From Terriglobia bacterium (lineage in GTDB: Bacteria; Acidobacteriota; Terriglobia; 2-12-FULL-54-10): a stretch of DNA of 64,000 nucleotides. The notes beneath the pieces were generated by a model. That model was not told the DNA's origin. It ran no database searches and saw only the letters and a program-made list of their open reading frames with translations. Numbering within the stretch: the first letter of the stretch is position 1; every line of letters starts with the position of its first letter. This document shows, piece by piece, positions 1-10,189 of this stretch. Both the position numbers and the translations under genes were made by a program. The stretch is taken from the NCBI GenBank assembly GCA_963666975.2, contig CAXVYR010000004.1, positions 160,001 through 224,000 on the forward strand, given 5' to 3'.

Positions 1-153
1 TGTATCCCTCTTTCCGAACTGGAATCCATTGGACCGTCAGGGACATTCGTGGACAGGTTAGCCGAGAGATTCACCCTGAGTCCGGAAGCCCGAGGCAGTC
101 GAGTGGGGTAGGCAACCTGCGCGTGGTGCGAATGGAAGATCACGGATTGTGCT
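1..153 (-). repeat. Element-end sequence, inverted copy of 8673-8823 (continues beyond the window edge)
   Basis: tgtatccctctttccgaac..ggaatccattggaccgtcagggacattcg..ggacaggttagccgag.. matches the reverse complement of 8673-8823 with scattered mismatches. Confidence 0.85.
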
Positions 154-367
154 GCGCCGAGGTTGCGCCGCTCTTGTGTCCGCTCGACACGCTCATCGAG
201 ATCATCTCAATCGCGCAGCAGGCGAGGCCGAACGTCATCGGCCAGATCGAGGACTTGCGCGCCCAGTTGATCGCCTGATTAAGCTTCGCGAAGATGATCC
301 CTTCACCCTGTGTGCCGGTTTCCGCAGCAGGAATCAGCGAACTTTGTCCCGTCGTCGGGTATGCCAT
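140..367 (-). pseudogene. nuoB: NADH-quinone oxidoreductase subunit B, 5' fragment only
   Basis: [23 protein letters not shown] is the NuoB signature; ATG at 367 follows AGG; similarity stops near 185 and the frame ends at 140. Confidence 0.88.
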
Positions 368-446
368 CCTGAATCTATTTTTCCACCGGCCTGAGTGCTT
401 TGCAAACGGCGAACAGCTGGCCACTCTTCGAATGATTCGTGAAGAG

Positions 447-2036
447 CTAACCTTTGATTACGTTCTCTCCCTGACCTTCGCGAACAACCCTCGAAGCGTG
501 GCTTGCGAGGAAACCGTCACGGGATGCACGGGTGAGCACTGAATTCCTGCGCCCCTTTTCCATCCGGTAGATTGAACAAAGAGTTTCTGCACGCTCAATA
601 TCAGATCCAGCGGAAGAATAATGCCTTGCGATATGATCAATGTCCGCACGCGATCCAAAACGCGCAAGTACACGCTGAGCGGCGGATCGGAGGTATGCGG
701 GTGAGTGTTCGGATCGATATTTCCGTCGAGCGTAGGCCAATGTTTGATCGGACGGCACTCGCTCACCGGCACTCCAGAACCTCAGTACCACGTAATGCTG
801 GTATTCATAAACCGCATCTGGAGTTTTGAGAAATTGCAATATTCGGAATTCAGTCTTCGCCAACCACTGAACTTTCCCCATGTATGCTAGGATGGATTTT
901 GTTTCCTCCGGGTGCTCCTCGAAAAGAGAAGTTGCATGACGCAAGGCAACGCGGTCTTTTGCCTTTCCTAGCCTAGCCAGCAAATAATGGAACAATGTCT
1001 TGTCAAATATCTTCGTGGACTTGATGAAGTGTAGGCGATAGGCTTGTCGAAGAAGTTTAGTGGGAGGTGAAATGTGGTTCTCTGCTAGCAGTTCCTCCGC
1101 TTGTGTGGACGAAAGATAATCGGAGTCTACTCCTACGAGTTCAGCGATTGTATCCTTATACTTTTTAACAAGGGGCTTCAACGTTGGCATAATCCCGTCG
1201 ACTTTTGCGCGGGCAGACTTTACTGACAGAATCTCTGTTTTAGCTGTTTGAAGACTTAGACCGCGATTGCGGAGCAGTTGACTGATGTCCACGAGTGCAC
1301 GCTTTGCTTCCGAAATGCTTCCGCAAAATATCCTGATATCGTCCACATATCTGAGGTGCTTGTAACCTGCCTCGTTAAGAGATTGGTCAACTCGGTCGAG
1401 ATAAAATTTAGCAAGAATATCTGAAGCGCTGATTCCTTGGGGAATCCCGCGACCGGGCACCATCGCCCATCTGTTTAGACAATGGCTCAAGAGTTCTATC
1501 AACGGATTTGAAAGGCCGGCATCTCGGAGATCAGAAATCAGGAGATCAAGGGCAATATGATCATAAAAGCCTGCTAGGTCCGTGCTAATCATGAAATCAA
1601 TTTCCGTTTCCAGTGCCGCGAGGCTTTGGTCGCGAAAATCCTTCCAACAAGCATACGGAAGTTTCAGCCAGTTGACTTGAGTACTGCCCGTAAATTGATA
1701 AGCACAATCGATCGGCGTTTTGGACCACGACATGGATGTGCACACATTTCTATAGGCCTTACCGACGATTGCAGTGAATACAACCTGATCCTGCAAACTC
1801 AGGATTGCCCCCGGTCGAATTCCTCCTTTACCCTTGGGAACGTCACAGATAGTTGCTGTTGAAGGGCTGTAATCGTTACCTGATATCCTTTTCAATAACT
1901 CATCTACCCAAGCATCTTCGCAGGATTGAATTATGGCAAGCTCAACAGGACTGGTTACAAAAACTCTGTCGTTCTTATGGTCTTGGACTACTCTCCTCAA
2001 GGCAAGTGACAAGTCTCGTTTTGACAGCAGCGCCAT
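447..2036 (-). CDS. Reverse transcriptase, UG/Abi (defence-associated) type, with long helical C-terminal domain
   Basis: [35 protein letters not shown] and KTEI motifs; ~250 aa helical tail; likely start MALLSK at 2036; visibly more AT-rich than the backbone. Confidence 0.9.
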   Translation of the reverse strand: MALLSKRDLSLALRRVVQDHKNDRVFVTSPVELAIIQSCEDAWVDELLKRISGNDYSPSTATICDVPKGKGGIRPGAILSLQDQVVFTAIVGKAYRNVCTSMSWSKTPIDCAYQFTGSTQVNWLKLPYACWKDFRDQSLAALETEIDFMISTDLAGFYDHIALDLLISDLRDAGLSNPLIELLSHCLNRWAMVPGRGIPQGISASDILAKFYLDRVDQSLNEAGYKHLRYVDDIRIFCGSISEAKRALVDISQLLRNRGLSLQTAKTEILSVKSARAKVDGIMPTLKPLVKKYKDTIAELVGVDSDYLSSTQAEELLAENHISPPTKLLRQAYRLHFIKSTKIFDKTLFHYLLARLGKAKDRVALRHATSLFEEHPEETKSILAYMGKVQWLAKTEFRILQFLKTPDAVYEYQHYVVLRFWSAGERVPSDQTLAYARRKYRSEHSPAYLRSAAQRVLARFGSRADIDHIARHYSSAGSDIERAETLCSIYRMEKGRRNSVLTRASRDGFLASHASRVVREGQGENVIKG

Positions 2037-2045
2037 AGTGCCATG

Positions 2046-2051
2046 ATTATA
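2046..2051 (-). promoter_or_regulatory. -10 box (TATAAT) 9 nt upstream of the RT start; near-leaderless transcript
   Basis: Minus strand reads tttcgcTATAATcatggcactATG. Confidence 0.6.
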
Positions 2052-2309
2052 GCGAAATTTAGATGGCCTAGTCGATGATGTGGAGAGCATCTGTGATCCA
2101 GCTTAGGACCGGCTTCCGCGCGGCTTTCATCGTGCAAGAAAGCCAAGTGCAGGTCCCGCGTCGGCGATGCCTCCTCGGGATGACAGCCAAGAAGCGGGCG
2201 GCGATAGTCACGCCGTAGTCGGACAGGATTACTTGCCACAACGGCGCGAGATACTTGAGCCGGGAGCCGAGGAACTGAAGTGCCAATCCCGCCTCGGCGC
2301 CGTCGGGCG

Positions 2310-2581
2310 AAAGGGGGCAGCAATTTGAGGGCGGTCAGATTGCGGCCCCAAGACTCCAACCGGACCCGCCAGACCGTGATGAGAAACAGCCCGCCGACAA
2401 TGACTGCGGCGGCGGGCGCGGCGTAGTACCAGCGAACGATCCAGCCGTAGAAGTTGGAGGTGTGATAGAGCACCAGATCCAGCACCGGATCGTCTCCGGG
2501 CATGGGGAAAGGCCGGTAGAGGAAACTCCAAGCGGAGCAGCCAAGCCCGCCAAAGAACAGGATCGGATAGCGCCATTTCAT
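2310..2581 (-). pseudogene. N-terminal membrane fragment of a putative conjugative coupling (VirD4/TraG-like) protein
   Basis: MKWRYPILFFGGLGCSAWSFLYRPFP..VLDLVLYHT..WYY; homologous to 10190-10575; truncated after LLPP; family call is from recollection of similar elements. Confidence 0.45.
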
Positions 2582-2951
2582 CGGGCTGGCCTCCGGCGCG
2601 TCAGCGCCAGCTTGCGGGTCCCTGTTCGGAGCCTTCCCGCAGGGATAAATCAGACGAGAGCGACCCCCAAAAAAGGGGGGGTCGCTCTCGTCTTTCCCCG
2701 CCCCTCTCCTTCTGGCGCGGGATCGCCGGGTGGCGCGGGATCGCCGGGTAGTGGCGGGCAAACACAAGAGAGGCAAAGAAATGGAAAAAATGAGTGCTGC
2801 CACAAAAAAATGCCGATTCTTGCCCCAACCCCCCCCTTATATAAGTGGCAAAAAAGATCGGCACGGCCACCGTGCACGGCAGGCCCAAAAAACAGTCTAT
2901 CTCGGAAACGTCCACTGGAGTTCCATTGCTGCGGTTCATTAGACTGTCTCC
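2582..2951 (-). repeat. Non-coding ori/oriT-like module, inverted copy of 9771-10189
   Basis: Near-identical to the reverse complement of 9771-10189; TGTGGCA/TGCCAC motifs, homopolymer runs, 18-bp tandem duplication at 2713-2748. Confidence 0.75.
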
Positions 2952-3535
2952 ACCACCTTCACGCGGCTCGAAACCCACGTCTCGAAGCCGTCAATTGTGG
3001 CTCCGACTGAGCCGCTTGCCTTGGGAAGGTTCTTCAAATAACTCAACCGCTCTGAGACTCCCTGCAACCCGCCGTACTTCGCTATGATGTCCGTGTCTAA
3101 GGACAAAACCGCTTCCTCGATGGAATGTATTTTCTCCTTCACGGCAGGGTCGTTCCGGCTCGGTCCATCTGCCCTTTGACTGCTCTGCTCGCCAGCTCGC
3201 TGGCTCCAGGTTTCCAGCGCCGCCTCGGCCCGGATTGTGGCTTTGTGGTCTGCGCCGATTGCGACGGCGCGGACCTCGATACCCTTCAACCGTAAAGCCC
3301 TCCAAAGCCACTCATGAGAATTGCCCCAGGAACGCAGTTCGGTGTCGGTATATTTGCCCGGATCGACGTAGGCGAAGGTGGCGGTTTTGGCGTTAGCCGC
3401 GATGGGCAGTTTCAGGGCAAAGTAACGGGTTTGATTCCCCACGGCTCCCTGATAGATGCGGTGGGGAATCCGTTGGCGGTCGATGCCAAGCAAATCGAAG
3501 AAAGCGACCTTTTCCTGCTCGGTGGGAAGCCAGGC
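2939..3535 (-). pseudogene. C-terminal part of an element-borne hypothetical (replication/relaxation-like) protein
   Basis: Protein-like from WLPTEQEKVAFFDLLGI..RYFALKLPIA..FAYVDPG onward; the upstream part of the called ORF (to 3682) looks unrelated; ends at the ori-like module. Confidence 0.5.
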
Positions 3536-4079
3536 GTCTTCCACGGTTTTCTCCCAACTCTTTCCTTTCGTTGCTATTACACGGTTTTGGGGCGTCTGCT
3601 TTCGCTCGCAACGCCTACGCCTAGCCCGCTTGATGGGCGAGTTTTCTGACGGTCTCTTGACGGTAGTTGCTGCCATCGCCATGCTCTACTGGCCGCGCAG
3701 CTTGTTGTCGAGCGCGATCCAGTCGTTGCGATACCGGCGCTTGATGGCCTCCACCTGCTCCCACAGCTCGCACCCCGTTCCTCCTTCTATCAACTCCGTC
3801 TCGGTTGAAATCCCGAGTTGGACGAGCAGACCCTGAAGTGCCGCATCTAGCTGGCAGGCCGCTCTGTCTTCACCGGGAGCCACTTCCCAGCCCAGTCCTG
3901 GAACTGCTCCTGATGCTCGACCAAGTTCTTGCCGGCAATGAAGATCAGCTTGCACCGTTCACCTTGGCGACACCACATCACCCTCTTCGATCAGGTGGAG
4001 GTACCTATATGGCCTATTGACAACGGCGGGCTTTGCTCACCTATAGGCGTCCTGATGCGCGGGCTGCTGGAATGGAAGA

Positions 4080-4740
4080 TTAACAGCCCCTTCGCCGGCG
4101 CTTCGCCTTCAAACAAGACGGACGGGGCGGCGCAGACTTAACGCCTCCTGCGTCTTCGCGCTTTCGTTCGTAGCGTTCCCTCCGCACTGAGGAGGGGACA
4201 TCGTCTCTTGGATCGGGCAGTGCATCGACATAGTTCTGGGCGATGGCACTATCTCCTTCGGACCGTCGAAATTGGTCATAGACTCGCACCATTTCATGCG
4301 CAAATTTATCGCTGAGGGGCTCTTTGGATGATCTGTATTTGCTTCCGAATTGGCCGACCCATGTGTGGCGGTTCCCAACTCGAAGTAGACGTTTCAGGAG
4401 TGGAAATTTTGTGCCTCCTTTGTTGTCAATTAGCAGGGGAGCGTGCTCGTATCGAAAGGGCATCTACCTTGGTGACCAGATGGCTGCAGAACGGTCTCGG
4501 TAGGGTAACTACCTTCCTGACGGGCGGGCTAAGGAATACAAGGCGGGTGCCAAGTTTTCCGCCTTGCGCGAATGCCAGCCGTATCCCTTTCAGGTCACAA
4601 GCCGTCTTGGGGTGGAGCAGATTGCGGGCATGGCATCCCGTGATGCCGAAGCTGCCGAATTCCCAAAAGGGATCGTCCCGCATGTCCGAACGCCTCCTTG
4701 GTCTGCGAAGATGCACAATGATGACTTTTTCACCGGGCAT
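4080..4740 (-). pseudogene. Partner gene of the Nmad3-type protein, disrupted
   Basis: MPGEKVIIVHLRRP..RDDPFWEFGSFGITGCH; +1 frameshift near 4504 and TAG at 4464-4466; continues as MPFRYEHAPLLIDN.. Confidence 0.6.
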
Positions 4741-5220
4741 CAAGTTGTTCCTCTGAACCAACTCAACCTTTTGCCGTAAAAACCAGCTGTAGAATTTTCT
4801 GGCATTCAGAAATGCGGGCGGTCTGGCGCTGCGCTGAATGTAGCCATCTTTCACCGATAGGCCACCCCACTTTTCGAGCAGGCCGGGAGTCACGCGGTAG
4901 GCTCGGTCGCGCCATTCGCCAATTGGGATGCACTTGGTCAAGCGTCCGGATATAGACACCTTCGCGCGGACAACAATGTCAGCAGCAGCAATCTTACGCA
5001 CGCGCGTATGGGCGTTGCTCTTGTACTCAGTAGGAAGAACCGACGTGGCAGGCAGCACCTTATCAACCACGTACAGTCCAACCAACCCGTAGATCAGTTT
5101 CTCTTTCGCTCGAACCGACTTAAGGCCAGCATAGAAAACCAGAAGGTCATCTTCAGATAGATGCTTGATTCCAGCCCCGCGCTTGTCACCGTTGTCGCCA
5201 TAGGTCAGCCACTCAAAGTC
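4741..5220 (-). pseudogene. Nucleotide-modification-associated domain 3 (Nmad3)-like protein, 5' truncated
   Basis: Open frame DFEWLTYGDNGDKRG..LSEDDLLVFYAGL..NAHTR..SGRLTKCIPIGEWRDRAYRV; no start codon; runs in frame into the next gene. Confidence 0.6.
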
Positions 5221-5323
5221 ATTGCCTCTCGCATTGCTGATCGTGGTAGACTGTGCCGGGGTTTTTGTCCTCTAAACCTGCCATCGACCCCACGCGCCTT
5301 CAGCTCGTGGAATAGGAAGGAAG

Positions 5324-6328
5324 ATGAAACGAATGATGAAATATCGTCTCTCCCCATTTCTGGTTCTCTTAATCCTGCTGTGCGTCGCGCCGCAAGCTTT
5401 CGGCGCCGATGAACCCGTGTCTTGCTCAGATCACTCCATCAACGCCCACGCTTTGCTCACAACGGGGGACGTTCAGGTGTTCGTTCAATGCGCCCACGAG
5501 TTCGTCCAGCAAGTGGGCTTTGAGGAGGCCCGTCGGGCCTTCCACGAAGACGAGCGTTGGAGAAGCGGTCCAACCTATGTCTTCGTCGACGAAGTGACGG
5601 CAATGAGATTGGATGCCCGAGCTTTCATCTTCCCGCCCGATCCGTCGCTGGAAGGGCAACCCTGGGGCCCGTTGATCGACGCCTACGGCGACTACTACGA
5701 GGAACTGTATCGTGTCATGAGCGTCGTCGATGAAGGCTGGCTCTACTACGCCTTCAGAAACCCGGCTACCGGCAGGGATGAGCCGAAGGCTTCCTACGTC
5801 AAAAAAATCGACTGGGACGGGGTGCCTTCTGCAATCGGCGCGGGCATCTACCGCCGCGACCTTCCCGGCACCTGCGAGGCGGAAGAGGTCAACGCCATGC
5901 AACTCGAGGCAGCGCCTTCCGCCCAGAGGCTGCAGGAGTTTGTCCGTTGCGCCGCCATGGAGCTGGAATCGAGTGGGTACTTCGCCGTCGGGGCGCTATC
6001 CAGCTATCCCCGCTGGCGAAACCAGTCGATCTACGTGTTCGGCCTGGATACCTACGGCAACCCGCTGTTCAGCGGCGATCTCTATAGCCAGCCGTGGTGG
6101 GGCGCCCTTGCCCCCGAGTTGAACGACCATGTGGGCGGACCCTTTGGGGGCCGGGATGTGGTGAGCGTCGGCAACGCCTTCGGCGAAGCCTTCCTGTACT
6201 ACTCGACGCGCAATCCCTTCACCGGGATGCTGCAACGCAAGGTGACTTTCGTCAAGAGGATACTGGTCTATGGCCTGCCGATTCTGGTCGGCGCCGGCTA
6301 TTATCTGGACGGCGAGGAGGGTCCGTAG
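5324..6328 (+). CDS. Secreted protein with two tandem single-Cache-like domains (copy 1)
   Basis: Signal peptide; two repeats of YVF..W/FLYY..NP.TG..K..VK..GAG.Y; RBS aggaag. Confidence 0.8.
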   Translation: MKRMMKYRLSPFLVLLILLCVAPQAFGADEPVSCSDHSINAHALLTTGDVQVFVQCAHEFVQQVGFEEARRAFHEDERWRSGPTYVFVDEVTAMRLDARAFIFPPDPSLEGQPWGPLIDAYGDYYEELYRVMSVVDEGWLYYAFRNPATGRDEPKASYVKKIDWDGVPSAIGAGIYRRDLPGTCEAEEVNAMQLEAAPSAQRLQEFVRCAAMELESSGYFAVGALSSYPRWRNQSIYVFGLDTYGNPLFSGDLYSQPWWGALAPELNDHVGGPFGGRDVVSVGNAFGEAFLYYSTRNPFTGMLQRKVTFVKRILVYGLPILVGAGYYLDGEEGP

Positions 6329-6524
6329 GTCGGGCCAGGGTGCCTTTCTTGCCTTACCCCTTGACGGCGTGCGGGACTTGAGGAAGGTTATTTTGTGACA
6401 CTCAAAGCCCCGTCGCGGTCCTCGCCGGGCCTGAACTACGGGACGGCCCAGGGAGTGCTGGGGCTCCCGCCCTCAAAACTGCCATCGCTCCCACGCGCCT
6501 TCAACACGTGGAATAGCTAAGGAG

Positions 6525-7529
6525 ATGAAACTGATGAAACTTAGCCTCCCTCCATCTTTGGTTCTCTTAGTCCTACTGTGCGCCGCCCCGCAGGCTTTTG
6601 GTACCACCGAACCCGTGCCGTGCGCGAATAAATCCATCGTTGCCAGCGCCGTGCGCACACTGGGGGACATTCAGGCGTTCGTTCAATGCGCCTATGAGTA
6701 TGTCCAGGAAGTGGGTTTTGAGGAGGCCCGCCGGGCCTTCCACGAGGACGAGCGTTGGAGAAGCGGTCCCATCTATGTCGTCGTCAGCGAAGTGGCACAA
6801 ATGCCCGAGACGGCTCGTGCTTTCGTCTTTCCGCCCGCCCCTTCGCAGGAAGGGCAACCGTGGGGGCCGCTGGTCGATGTCTTCGGCAACGACTACGTCG
6901 TGGAACTACACCGTATCCTGAACAGCTTCAGCACGGGTTGGCTCTACTACTCCGTCACAAACCCAACGACGGGCAGAGATGAGCCGAAGGTTTCCTACCT
7001 CAAGAGCATCCACTGGGACGGGAATCCGGCCTCGATCAGCGCGGGGATTTACCGGCGCGACCTGCCCGGCACCTGCGCGGCGGAAGAGGTCAACGCCGGC
7101 CTGCTCGAATCCGATCCTTCCAACGCGCGGCTGCAGGAGTTCGTCCGTTGCGCCGCCATGGAGCTGGAATCGAATGGGTACTTCGCCATCCGGGCGCTCT
7201 CCAGCGATCCCCGCTGGCGAAACCAATCGATCTACGTGTTCGGCCTGGATACCAACGGCAACTCGCTGTTCAGCGGCAATTTCTACAGCCAGTCGTGGTG
7301 GGGCAGCCTTTCTCCGGAGTTGAACGACCATATAGACGGACCCTTTGGGGGCCGGGACGTGGTGAGCGTTGGCGATGCCTTCGGGGAAACCTTTCTGTAC
7401 TACTCCACGCGCAATCCCTCCACCGGGAGGATGCAGGACAAGGTGGCTTTCGTCAAGAGAGTCGTGATCTCCGGCCTGCCGATCCTGGTCGGCTCCGGCT
7501 ATTACCTGGACGGCGAGGAGGGTCCGTAG
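6525..7529 (+). CDS. Secreted double-Cache-like protein (copy 2)
   Basis: Paralogue of 5324-6328, same length (334 aa), RBS aaggag. Confidence 0.8.
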   Translation: MKLMKLSLPPSLVLLVLLCAAPQAFGTTEPVPCANKSIVASAVRTLGDIQAFVQCAYEYVQEVGFEEARRAFHEDERWRSGPIYVVVSEVAQMPETARAFVFPPAPSQEGQPWGPLVDVFGNDYVVELHRILNSFSTGWLYYSVTNPTTGRDEPKVSYLKSIHWDGNPASISAGIYRRDLPGTCAAEEVNAGLLESDPSNARLQEFVRCAAMELESNGYFAIRALSSDPRWRNQSIYVFGLDTNGNSLFSGNFYSQSWWGSLSPELNDHIDGPFGGRDVVSVGDAFGETFLYYSTRNPSTGRMQDKVAFVKRVVISGLPILVGSGYYLDGEEGP

Positions 7530-7632
7530 GCCGGGCCTGAACTACGCTACGACCAAAAGGTGGTGCAGGGGTTCCCGCCCTACAAAACCGCCATCGCTCC
7601 CACGCGCCTTCAACTCGTGGAATAGCAAGGAG

Positions 7633-8622
7633 ATGAAACTGGTGAAACTTAGCCTCCCCCCATCTCTGATTCTCTTAATCCTACTATGCGCAGCGCCGCA
7701 GACTTTTGGCGCCGATGAACCCGTGCCTTGCTCGGATCACTCCATCGTTGCCAGCGCCGTGCGCACAACAGGGGACGTTCAGGCGTTCGTTCAATGCGCT
7801 TATGAGTTCGTCCAGGAAGTGGGCTTTGAGGAAGCCCGCAGGGCTTTTAACGAGGACGAGCGTTGGAAAAGCGGCCCCATCTATGTCTTCGTCTCCGAAG
7901 TGACGCCGATGAGCGATCAGGCCCGACTCTTCGTCTTCCCGCCCGCTCGGCCGAGGGAAGGATCAAGCTTAGGACTGTTGATCGACGCCTACGGCAACGA
8001 CTACTACAAGGAACAGCATCGTATCGTGAGCGGCTTCGGCGCGGGCTGGCTCTACTATTCCTTCTTAAACCCCGCGACCGGCCGGGATGAGCCAAAGGCT
8101 ACTTTCATCAAGGGCATCGACTGGGACGGGAATGCGGCCGCAATCGGCGCGGGCATCTACCGCCGCGACCTTCCCGGCACCTGCGAGGCGGAAGAGGTCA
8201 ACGCCATGCAACTCGAGGCAGCTCCTTCCGTCCAGAGGCTGCAGGAGTTTGTCCGTTGCGCCGCCATGGAGCTGGAATCGAATGGGTACTTCGCCATCCG
8301 GGCGTTATCCAGCGATCCCCGCTGGCGCAGCCAATCGATCTACGTGTTCGGCCTGGATACCTACGGCAACGCGCTGTTCAGCGGCAATCTCTACAGCCAG
8401 CCGTGGTGGGGCGCCCTTGCCCCCGAGTTGAACGACCATGTGGACGGACCCTTTGGGGGCCGGGATGTGGTGAGCGTCGGCAACGCCTTCGGTGAAACCT
8501 TCCTGCACTACTCGACGCGCAATCCCTCCACCGGAATGCTGCAGCGCAAGGTGGCTTTCGTCAAGAGGATAATAGTCTATGGCCTGCCGATTCTAGTCGC
8601 CGCCGGCTATTATCTGGATTGA
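7633..8622 (+). CDS. Secreted double-Cache-like protein (copy 3)
   Basis: Paralogue of the previous two, lacks the last 5 aa, RBS aaggag. Confidence 0.8.
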   Translation: MKLVKLSLPPSLILLILLCAAPQTFGADEPVPCSDHSIVASAVRTTGDVQAFVQCAYEFVQEVGFEEARRAFNEDERWKSGPIYVFVSEVTPMSDQARLFVFPPARPREGSSLGLLIDAYGNDYYKEQHRIVSGFGAGWLYYSFLNPATGRDEPKATFIKGIDWDGNAAAIGAGIYRRDLPGTCEAEEVNAMQLEAAPSVQRLQEFVRCAAMELESNGYFAIRALSSDPRWRSQSIYVFGLDTYGNALFSGNLYSQPWWGALAPELNDHVDGPFGGRDVVSVGNAFGETFLHYSTRNPSTGMLQRKVAFVKRIIVYGLPILVAAGYYLD

Positions 8623-8672
8623 AGCGAGCCGGTTCGCAAGCGGCCGACTATCGGGCCGCTGAAGCACAGCGG

Positions 8673-8890
8673 CACAGCCAGCGAATCTCCGATTCGCAGC
8701 ACACGCAGATTGCCACCCTACTCAACCGCCTCGGACTCCCGGACTCCGGGTGAATCGCTCGGCTAACCTGTCCGCGAATGTCCCTGACGGTCCAATGGAT
8801 TCCCGTTCGGAAAGAGGGATACAATGAGGGGATCATGTTGGGTTCATATCAAGTATATCGATTATTATGAACAACTTATAAGTTTAACTT
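8673..8890 (+). repeat. Putative element end with integrase arm-type repeats (gagggatacaatgaggggat) followed by an AT-rich tract
   Basis: Inverted copy at 1-153; the motif resembles arm sites of P4-like integrase islands (inference). Confidence 0.6.
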
Positions 8891-8986
8891 GGTTGACGCT
8901 ACCTCAGGCATCTTTTCCAAACCCCGTCAAATTTGGTAAGCTGGTGGGACTGCGGTGATGCAGCAGGAATGGTGAGGAGGAGTGCA

Positions 8987-9748
8987 ATGACGGCAGGGTT
9001 CAGGGGTATCGTCCGGCGGCTGTCTCCGCTGATTCTGTTGCTGGCCTGCGGTCTGCCGGCCCAGGCCCAGGACCGGGCCGCTCTCGAGCAGCGCCTCAGC
9101 GAGCGCGTGGAGCAGCTCTATCAATTGTTCGTTTCCGGCGACTGGAGCAAGGTGGACGCATACATCACGGATGATTCCCGGAACATCTGGCTGGCCCAGG
9201 CCAAAAACACCATCGAAGCGTTTGAGATTGACGCGGTGACGGTCGCGCCCGACGGCTAAAAGGCCGACGTCACCGTGATGATCTCCTACCGCATCCCGCA
9301 AGCTCTCGGCGCGCCCTTCACCCAGCCGCAGAAGACCGAGTGGCTCCATCAGGGAGGAGAGTGGTTTGTCCAGTTGAAGCCTCCGCCTTCCCCGATGGAC
9401 CTGTTCACAAAGGGTGCCACCGCCGTAAAGCCTGCCGCACCGAAGCCCGCCTTCCGGTTCGACCAAAACCCCGTGAGCATTGCCCGTCCGGCAGCGGGCT
9501 TCAAAGCCGTTGTAAAAGTCCCCTTTGAAAATGTGACGACCGAGGTGGTGACCCTCCAGGACGTCATCACCACCTGCCCTTGCCTGCAGGCCAAGGTGGA
9601 TCAAGCGGTGATCGACCCGGGCGGAAAAGGAGTCCTCACGATCACCTATCTTCCCTCCGAAGCGCCCTCTTTCCAGCAACCGCTCAGCGTCCGAGCCGTG
9701 CTCGCTCCGTCAAACTACGTTTTGGATCTGCCGGTGGTGATTAAGTAG
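8987..9748 (+). pseudogene. Exported protein with C-terminal DUF1573-like Ig domain, interrupted by in-frame TAA (9257-9259)
   Basis: RBS gaggagg, signal peptide; the two ORFs are in one frame across DG*KADVTV; VITTCPCL..IDPGGKGVLTITY motif. Confidence 0.75.
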
Positions 9749-9770
9749 GTAGCGACAGGCCTTAGGTAGG

Positions 9771-10189
9771 GGAGACAGTCTAATGAACCGCAGCAATGGA
9801 ACTCCAGTGGACGTTTCCGAGATAGAGCGTTTTTTGGGCCTGCCACAAACGGTGGCCGTGCCGATCTTTTTTGCCACTTATATAAGGGGGGGTTGTGGCA
9901 AGAATCGGCATTTTTTTGTGGCAGCACTCATTTTGTCCATTTCTTTGCCTCGCAGTGGTTTTCCTGCTACTACCAGGCCATCCCGCGCCAGAAGGAGAGG
10001 CGCGGGGAAAGACGAGAGCGACCCCCCCTTTTTTGCCGCTCTATCGGCAAACAGGAAAAGGGGTTTGTGGCAGGGTTTGTGGCATACCCTGCCACCCCCT
10101 TTTGGGGGTCGCTCTCGTCTGATTTATCCCTGCGGGAAGGCTCCGAACCCTAACCCCAAAAGGGCGCTGAGGCGCCGGAGGCAAGCCCC
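9771..10189 (+). repeat. Non-coding ori/oriT-like module, inverted copy of 2582-2951
   Basis: Sequence match; carries an extra ~75 bp with two further GGGTTTGTGGCA units. Confidence 0.75.

Noticed and set aside
447-2036. Retron, group II intron or DGR reverse transcriptase
   Set aside because: No NAxxH/VTG motifs, no YADD with maturase/HNH domain or intron ends, no Avd gene or TR/VR pair seen
1997-2803. 268-aa ORF as a single real gene
   Set aside because: It strings together ori-like non-coding DNA, the coupling-protein stub and an unrelated fragment
3540-4080. Short ORFs 3686-3955 and neighbours
   Set aside because: Probably gene remnants, but no family could be recognised
5324-8622. Cache or amidohydrolase paralogues as DGR targets, or as integron cassettes
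   Set aside because: Differences are not adenine-specific and span whole genes; no attC-like sites seen and the integrase is P4-like, not IntI
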